Shown in pieces: positions 47,301 to 57,100 of a DNA stretch of 64,000 nucleotides. Source of the stretch: Lingula anatina (lineage: Eukaryota; Animalia; Brachiopoda); NCBI GenBank assembly GCA_051362555.1, contig CM120640.1, positions 70,100,788-70,164,787 of the forward strand, read 5' to 3'. A model generated the notes under the pieces. The model did not search any database and had not been told where the DNA came from. It worked only from the letters and a program-made list of their open reading frames with translations. How positions within the stretch are numbered: position 1 is the first letter of the stretch; each line of letters begins with the position of its first letter. The position numbers were made by a program, and so were the translations under genes.

Positions 47301-50300
47301 AGTCAGTGGTTTAGCAGTTTTAAGTCAATTTTAATTAATTGTATTAAAATACACTAAATCTTATTGCTAGATGTGATTACCCTTTATGCATTAGATTTAT
47401 AATAAAGAGATATTGTCCCCTTTGATGTGGCATAATATCTGGTCTCCATGGTGACATATTGCCTGGTCTCCATGATGACATAATCTCTGGTCTCCACATC
47501 AACCTAGGCCCCAGCAGCAGGTGACCAGTGATACCCAGGTGTTTGAGGAGGGAGCCCTGGGGAAGACACCAGATGGGCAGAGTCTATCCACCTACAGGGA
47601 GCTCTGCTCTATTGCCAATGATCTTAACCAGCCAGACCTGATCTATAAGTTCTTACACCTGGCTAATCACAATGCCATGTGGAACTCTAAGAAGGTGAGA
47701 GCACCTGTCTGCCATTAGCTCATATTATGAATACTATTTAAAGATTTGGACATTTTTGGATATCAGGTGATTGTTATTATCAAATACATTAACCACTGTA
47801 GAGTTCTGTTTGCTTGGATAAAAACATCTTTATAAGTGATTTTTAATCAAAACATCAATATAAATGGAAAAGATTACCACTGTGATGGAGACATAAATGG
47901 ATTTATTCAAACAGTGTTTATATTTCTACCTTCCAGGGTGCAGCTTTTGGGTTCACCAGTATATTTTCTCAAGCTGGAGAACAGCTGGCGCCATACCTGC
48001 CAAAGATTGTCCCCAAGTTGTACAGATATCAATTTGATCCCAACCCTAAGATCCAGCTGGCAATGACTAGTATATGGCAGTCTCTGGTGTCTGATAATAA
48101 GAAGACGGTGAGTTTATATTGCTTACATTGTCATTGTGGCATGTGTGGTTTGGTATGAGAGTTTGATTTCAGTAGAGAAGTTCATTAAACCAGTAAGAGT
48201 AATTCACGTATTTGACAAGTAAGTCTGTTGTCTGAATTTAAATGGAATGATTCAACTAGAACGATAAAGTGATAAAGAACTTACAGACTTTTTGCTCTGA
48301 TGTTCAGGGTTGAACATGAAATGTTATGAAGTCATCTTTTTGAATACAGGTTGATATGTATGTCCAAGATATCCTTGAGGACCTAATCAAGAACTTGACC
48401 AGTGCCCAGTGGAGAGTGCGTGAGTCCAGTTGTATGGCCCTTAATGACCTGTTCAGGGGTAGACAAATAGACGACATGGTGGACAAACTCCCTGTACTGT
48501 GGGAGAACTGCCTCAGAGTGCTGGATGATATTAAGGTGAATATCTTTGCAAAGTTTGCTCTTCTTTGGTGTAATAATAGTACAACAGATGATTAATGCTC
48601 TTTATGAGCAAATTCATGATGAGATTCAAATTGGGTGATTTTTTCTGTCATTAAATCAAGCACAGTAAAGGATGTATTCCTGTGAGGGTAAAGGTTATAT
48701 CATCTGGAGAAATTGTAAAAACTCTATATAGAACTATTATTGCATTTTAGGAATCTGTACGAAATGCAGCTGCCATTGCATGCAGAACCTTAAGCAAGGT
48801 AAGAAATGCTGAACATGTCTACTATGGAATCTGCATCTGTCAATTTAGTTCTTACAGATGAATATATAGATTATATTTATCTAATTGACAATTTGAAAAA
48901 CGTATTATGTTCCATATGATGAATACACTTAGTCTGTTAAAATTTCAAACTTTCCTGTACTCTATTCCAGGCCTCTATCAAGATCTGTGACGTATCCCAA
49001 GGGAAGATAGGAGAGAAGGCCATTAGTCTGGTGCTGCCTTGTCTACTACAACATGGGCTGGGGAGCCAAGTCCAGGATGTCAGGGCAGTGGGGTGAGTGG
49101 GGGAGATATCAAGATATCAAGTAAATCTACAACATGGGCTGGGGAGCCAAGTCCAGGACATCAGGGCAGTGGGGTGAGTGGGGGAGATATCAAGATATCA
49201 AGTAAATCTACAACATGGGCTGGGGAGCCAAGTCCAGGATGTCAGGGCAGTGGGGTGAGTGGGGGAGATATCATGATATCAAGTAAATCTACAACATGGG
49301 CTGGGAAGCCAAGTCCAGGACATCAGGGCAGTGGGGTGAGTGGGGGAGATATCAAGATATCAAGTAAATCTACAACATGGGCTGGGGAGCCAAGTACAGG
49401 ATGTCAGGGCAGTGGGGTGAGTGGGGGGTGGGAGGTAGATATCAGTTTAACCTACAACATGGGCTGGGGAGCCAAGTCCAGGATGTCAGGGCAGTGGGGT
49501 GAGTGGGGGAGATATCAAGATATCAAGTAAATCTACAACATGGGCTGGGGAGCCAAGTCCAGGTTGTCAGGGCAGTGGGGTGAGTGGGGGAGATATCAAG
49601 ATATCAAGTAAATCTACAACATGGGCTGGGGAGCCAAGTCCAGGAAGTCAGGGCAGTGGGGTGAGTGGGGGGGAGGTGTAGAGGGAGGTATCAGGTTAAC
49701 CTACTGCATGGACTGGGGAGTGGGCAGACATGAGCTTTTTCCATGGAAATGTGGAATTCCGCATTGTTTAATTCCATTATGATGACTCCTTAGATTTGTC
49801 AAGAACTGCAATAAAATCTGGTTCAGAGGGTTTTTTTTAACCTGGGAAGGGAGAGTGTGGGGGAGAGAAGTTTTCCTACAGCATGGGCTGAAGAGCCAAA
49901 TACAGGACGTCAGGGAAGTGGGAGAAGGGGATTGGGAGTGGAGGAGGAGGAGGAAGGAGAGAGAGAGAGAGATCGGGTTAACCTGGGGGATTCATGTTTA
50001 ATATTGTAATTGATGTAATCATACAGGGGCGTAACCAGGCCTTTTAAAATTGTACGCACAGGTTTTGAAAATTCCCATGTACGATTATATTCCGTGAAAA
50101 AATACACTGATTTTATGGTTAAATATATCAAGGTTGGCTTAAAACATTGTACGCACAGTGCATATGTGCGTATGCCTGGTTACGCCCCTGTCATATCAAT
50201 CCTCTTACCATAAGTACATTTCATAAATACATTTCCAGTATCTCTACCATAGTGAAGATCAGTAAGAATGCAGGTGCCCTGCTGAAGCCTCACATTCCAC

Positions 50301-51111
50301 TCCTAGTGTACAACCTCCTGGAGTCTGTCAGTGGACTGGAGCCACAGGTTCTCAATTACCTCAGTCTCAGGATAGGAGCCAACCAGATGGCCCAGGAGAA
50401 GGTAAGGAAACTAATACTTAACTACCTCAGTCTGAGAATAGGAGCCAACCAGATGGCCCAGGAGAAGGTAATAAGGAAACTAGCAAAACATATGGCTCAA
50501 AGTGAAGTTTTTGATGAAGTAATGAATCATTATGTCAGTTTTCATCGAAATCTGTCAGTTTAATTATGTACAATCCAAAAATTCTGCTAGTATTTTAACG
50601 AGAACATCTCAATAAATATGATCCTCCTTACAGTCAGTTAAGATCTTGGCCTGTGTTTTCAGCTTGACAGTGCAAGAATAGCAGCCTCCAAGTCCTCCCC
50701 CATGATGGAAACAGTCAATATGGTATGTTTACTTAGAGAAGGCTGTTTACTGGTTTAAACAAATAGCTCTCTTACTATTACACACACACATACACACGCA
50801 TGCATGTACGTGCACTCACACACAAACACATTGAAATCCCTATAGTATGTGCTATCCAGATCATAGATTTATTTCACATATAATCGACAAATTTTATAAT
50901 GCAGTGAGAGATTTTTAAAAAGCTTTTACCCCTCAGCTGTTTCTTGTTTTGATTCCCAATTTTAATTTGATTGTATCTTTTATTTTAGACTTGTTAATTG
51001 AATTTATTTATTTATTTTTATTTATTTCACAGTTAAATTTTTATTTTTCACTGAAGGGATATGACAGAAACCAATATATTGATGTATATTTTATTTGCAT
51101 TCTCAGAATAA

Positions 51112-51164
<53 letters not shown>

Positions 51165-54100
51165 GCTAACCTTAGTGAATGTTAACATATACATTGTGTA
51201 TTTCAGTGTATACAGTATGTAGATGGCAGTGTACTCCCAGAACTGGTGCCTAAACTAACAGATCTGATCAGGAGTGGTGTAGGATTGGGGACAAAGGTAA
51301 CATATTTCAGTGTATACAGTATGTAGATGACAGTGTACTCCCAGAACTGGTACCTAAACTAACAGATCTGATCAGGAGTGGTGTAGGATTGGGGACAAAG
51401 GTAACATATTTCAGTGTATACAGTATGTAGATGACAGTGTACTCCCAGAACTGTTGCCTTAACTAACAGATCTGATCAGGAGTGGTGTAGGATTGGGGAC
51501 AAAGGTAACATATTTCAGTGTATACAGTATGTAGATGACAGTGTACTCCCAGAACTGGTGCCTAAACTAGCAGATCTGATCAGGAGTGGTGTAGGATTGG
51601 GGACAAAGGTAACATATTTCAGTGTATACAGTATGTAGATGACAGTGTACTCCCAGAACTGGTACCTAAACTAACAGATCTGATCAGGAGTGGTGTAGGA
51701 TTGGGGACAAAGGTAACATATTTCAGTGTATACAGTATGTAGATGACAGTGTACTCCCAGAACTGGTGCCTAAACTAACAGATCTGATCAGGAGTGGTGT
51801 AGGATTGGGGACAAAGGTAACTTATTTCAGTGTATACAGTATGTAGATGGCAGTGTACTCCCAGAACTGGTACCTAAACTAACAGATCTGATCAGGAGTG
51901 GTGTAGGATTGGGGACAAAGGTAACATATTTCAGTGTATACAGTATGTAGATGGCAGTGTACTCCCAGAACTGGTGCCTAAACTAACAGATCTGATCAGG
52001 AGTGGTGTAGGATTGGGGACAAAGGTAACATATTTCAGTGTATACAGTATGTAGATGACAGTGTACTCCCAGAACTGGTACCTAAACTAACAGATCTGAT
52101 CAGGAGTGGTGTAGGATTGGGGACAAAGGTAACATATTTCAGTGTATACAGTATGTAGATGGCAGTGTACTCCCAGAACTGGTACCTAAACTAACAGATC
52201 TGATCAGGAGTGGTGTAGGATTGGGGACAAAGGTAACATATTTCAGTGTATACAGTATGTAGATGGCAGTGTACTCCCAGAACTGGTGCCTAAACTAACA
52301 GATCTGATCAGGAGTGGTGTAGGATTGGGGACAAAGGTAACATATATCAGTGTATACAGTATGTAGATGGCAGTGTACTCCCAGAACTGGTACCTAAACT
52401 AACAGATCTGATCAGGAGTGGTGTAGGATTGGGGACAAAGGTAACTTATTTCAGTGTATACAGTATGTAGATGGCAGTGTACTCCCAGAACTGGTACCTA
52501 AACTAACAGATCTGATCAGGAGTGGTGTAGGATTGGGGACAAAGGTAACATATTTCAGTGTATACAGTATGTAGATGACAGTGTACTCCCAGAACTGGTA
52601 CCTAAACTAACAGATCTGATCAGGAGTGGTGTAGGATTGGGGACAAAGGTAACATATTTCAGTGTATACAGTATGTAGATGGCAGTGTACTCCCAGAACT
52701 GGTGCCTAAACTAACAGATCTGATCAGGAGTGGTGTAGGATTGGGGACAAAGGTAACATATTTCAGTGTATACAGTATGTAGATGGCAGTGTACTCCCAG
52801 AACTGGTGCCTAAACTAACAGATCTGATCAGGAGTGGTGTAGGATTGGGGACAAAGGTAACATATTTCAGTGTATACAGTATGTAGATGACAGTGTACTC
52901 CCAGAACTGGTACCTAAACTAACAGATCTGATCAGGAGTGGTGTAGGATTGGGGACAAAGGTAACATATTTCAGTGTATACAGTATGTAGATGGCAGTGT
53001 ACTCCCAGAACTGGTGCCTAAACTAACAGATCTGATCAGGAGTGGTGTAGGATTGGGGACAAAGGTAACATATTTCAGTGTATACAGTATGTAGATGACA
53101 GTGTACTCCCAGAACTGGTACCTAAACTAACAGATCTGATCAGGAGTGGTGTAGGATTGGGGACAAAGGTAACATATTTCAGTGTATACAGTATGTAGAT
53201 GACAGTGTACTCCCAGAACTGGTGCCTAAACTAACAGATCTGATCAGGAGTGGTGTAGGATTGGGGACAAAGGTAACATATTTCAGTGTATACAGTATGT
53301 AGATGACAGTGTACTCCCAGAACTGGTACCTAAACTAACAGATCTGATCAGGAGTGGTGTAGGATTGGGGACAAAGGTAACATATTTCAGTGTATACAGT
53401 ATGTAGATGACAGTGTACTCCCAGAACTGGTACCTAAATTAACAGATCTGATCAGGAGTGGTGTAGGATTGGGGACAAAGGTAACATATTTCAGTGTATA
53501 CAGTATGTAGATGACAGTGTACTCCCAGAACTGGTACCTAAACTAACAGATCTGATCAGGAGTGGTGTAGGATTGGGGACAAAGGTAACATATTTCAGTG
53601 TATACAGTATGTAGATGACAGTGTACTCCCAGAACTGGTACCTAAACTAACAGATCTGATCAGGAGTGGTGTAGGATTGGGGACAAAGGTAACATATTTC
53701 AGTGTATACAGTATGTAGATGACAGTGTACTCCCAGAACTGGTACCTAAACTAACAGATCTGATCAGGAGTGGTGTAGGATTGGGGACAAAGGTAACATA
53801 TTTCAGGGGCAGACCCAGAGATATTTTCTGACAGTCCTCCAAATTTTCTTTGTTGATCCATCCTCCATTTTTGACCGTCTTCCGACAGAAAATGTTAGAT
53901 GCCTGTTAATGTAAACTTTAAAATTCTGTCCATCTCTGTGACAACCCAGAAGACAGCCTCCATCTGCCCCTGATATTTGGCTACACGTAGTGTACTTTGT
54001 ATTAGGATGTGTCCCATTTAAATCTACCAGTCTCATACCATGTTTTAGTATTATCGAAATGAATTACACCATTTATGCTAAATGTGAATTTGTGCTCTTC

Positions 54101-57100
54101 TACAAGTTATGTATTTTAGTATGGTATGCTATAAACCTGACTCTGAGTGTAAATAAATCTATTGTGTACCAATTATTATTGATTGCAATTTAATGGTTTG
54201 GTACAGATGTGTACTAAATTTGTTTTTAAGGTTCAAATAAACAAGGTGAAATTTCAAGAAAATAAAAAAAGGCTGTAGCACTAAGAATAGCTTGGTGAGT
54301 TTTGTAGTTCTATATATTCAGTATTTATCTTTAGTTTGTACTAAATTTATTCAATATTGCACCAATCAAAATATTTCATAAACTTAATTTCCTCCCAGGC
54401 TGGCTGTGCTAACATTGTGATCTCCTTGACTTACCAGTGTCCTCAAGATCTGAAACAGTATGCAGGTAAGATGATCAAATAACATTGTGATCTCCCTGAC
54501 TTACCAGTGTCCTCAAGATCTGAAACAGTATGCAGGTAAGAGGATCAAATAACATTGTGATCTCCTTGACTTACCAGTGTCCTCAAGATCTGAAACAGTA
54601 TGCAGGTAAGATGATCAAATAACATTGTGATCTCCCTGACTTACCAGTGTCCTCAAGATCTGAAACAGTATGCAGGTAAGAGGATCAAATAACATTGTGA
54701 TCTCCCTGACTTAACAGTGTCCTCAAGATCTGAAACAGTATGCAGGTAAGAGGATCAAATTCATGATAAACAGTGAGATTTCTTTATCAATACAATTATA
54801 TTCTAGCCACCTTTTTCCAAGATTGTCATAAATGTTGTATGATTTGTTTACATGTTTTGTTTTTTCTAGGAAAATTGATGAGTTCATTGTTGAATGGTCT
54901 CCATGATAAAAGTGCTACTATAAGGAAGGTTTATGCCACTGCACTAGGTTATCTGGTAAAGGTAAGAGGGGAATCTAATTGATGGATATTTGCCAGCTTT
55001 TCCATGAATTTCTTATATAATATGTGGATATGCTTCAGAAATGATACTTAAATAAATAAGAAGAATTTACCAAGATGTTAACTTTTACATTTTGATATTT
55101 AATCATCAACAGGTTTGAAATTTTCTCATTTGCACGTAATCAGGAATCAATAATTACTGAAATTAACACCCTTTTAGGTTTCCAAAGACAGTAGTGTGGA
55201 GAAACTTATTCAGAAATTGAAAACATGGTACATGGACAAAGAAGGTAAGACCTATGGTTTTAGCATTATAATTTATAGGCTAATGTGTAGGGTTCTCTTT
55301 TCAGATGCTTTGATTTGTGTAGAAACATCAAAGAGCTCATTTATATCTTATCGTATTAGAATCATAAATATATGAAAGTAGTAAAAATCCAATATTAGAA
55401 TATATGAAAGCAGTATAAAACTGATCCACACGTTGTTAACTATGGTTATACTATATATCAGATGAGAGCACCAAGTCGTCCTGCGGCCTCACTCTCCAGG
55501 CTATTACCCATCATGCACCAGATGTTCTCAAGCGGCATGCAGCCGAGGCGTTACCCATGGCCTTCTTGGCTATGCATGACAAAAGGAAGAGGGGTGTGTA
55601 GAGACTGAGCTTTTGTTTTTACTTGAATAAAATGCTTATTTAGAAATTTAAGGGTGAATGTTTCAAGAGATGTTAATATCTAAGATGGAAATTTATTTAA
55701 AAATGTGTATTTCTTTTAAGAAAAATCTTTTCTAAACAGTTGATTTCTTCATTGTGTTTGAACCAATCTCTGTTTAACATATACCTATTATATTGTCTGC
55801 AAGTTGTAACAAGTTAAAATTATTAATAATTCTGGAATTACCTGTTTCACAGAAAACCAGCAAGAAGAACCAGAAAATGTGTGGGAGGAAGTTTGGACTG
55901 AAGGAACACCAGGTTAATATTTTAATAAAGCTTATAATTATGTAAAGCTAATAAAAATGAAATATATCATGATCAGTTTGTAAAATAAGACGTTTTAATG
56001 AAATATTTTTATTTTTATATATTTGAGTGAAATAATCACACTTGTATACGAAAGTGAGCACTGGTCATGTTTGCAATTTGCATGCCACACCAAGTATCAT
56101 GTATGACATGTTGCATGACACAATACAGAACAGTGTGTTTGTACAAATAGTCATACCATTTACACAATGACAGCAGACAACTCACAGCACACCCAACTCT
56201 CCCTCCAGGTACAGAGGCTGGGATCAGACTGTACCTGAAGGAGCTGGTGGCTCTCTGCCAGGTGTTCCTGCAATCTCAGTCCTGGCACAGGAAGGCGCAA
56301 GGTGCCCTAGCCATCAAGACTCTGGCCTCCAAGCTGGGCAGCACCCTGGGACCACCTCAGTTAGGGGAGGTGTTGAGGGCACTCCTCTCAGGACTGACTG
56401 GGAGGACATGGCCAGGGAAGGAAACTTTACTCACAGCAATCTCCGAAGTCTGTGTCTCATGCAGGTAAATTGTCTTGGTGTTCATGTCTCTAAAGATGAA
56501 TTGTCCCAGTGTACATTGTTTATGTAGATAAATTGCCCCGATGTTCATGTGTCATGCAGGCAAATTGTCCTGGTGTTTCGTGCGTAACGGGTTATATTTC
56601 CTGATTGTTATCTTTATCATTGTATTTAAATTATTGAGCAAATTGTTGTATCATTATTTGAAAAGGTAGCATTTTCTTTTTAAGAAAATCAATAGAAAAT
56701 CCCCCAGCAAATGGTGGATCAGAACAACAACCAACAATTGAACAGGTAATGATGTTCACCTTTAAAACCTCAAACACCTCTTTAGTTGCTAATATCGTAA
56801 GATTATTTTAGATAGGCATTTAGTGTGTTCATAAAACCTTTCTGTTTCAGTACAGAAAATAGTATTTTTAATATATTTGTGTTGTATATAATTTAGTTTC
56901 AAGTAGATATTTTTATATAAAAGCTAGTCTTTTGTTGCATATTGCAGATCTTAGACTTCGTGATGAAAGAATGCAAGAAAGAAAATCTTGCTTACAAAAT
57001 GGAGGCTGTGAAGGCTATGGGAATTGTACTAGAAACTTACCAGGCAGACCGTTTCCAAGAACTAGCTGACATACTGTACCCACATGTTGACAAGGTAGAC

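Noticed and set aside
49039-49681. 163-aa and 60-aa repetitive ORFs (WAGEPSPG...)
   Set aside because: Off-frame readings of the 81-bp donor repeat; the true ECM29 frame stops at GGG TGA.
51199-53806. CRISPR-like regular array
   Set aside because: No unique spacers and no cas genes; the unit is a host exon in a eukaryotic gene.
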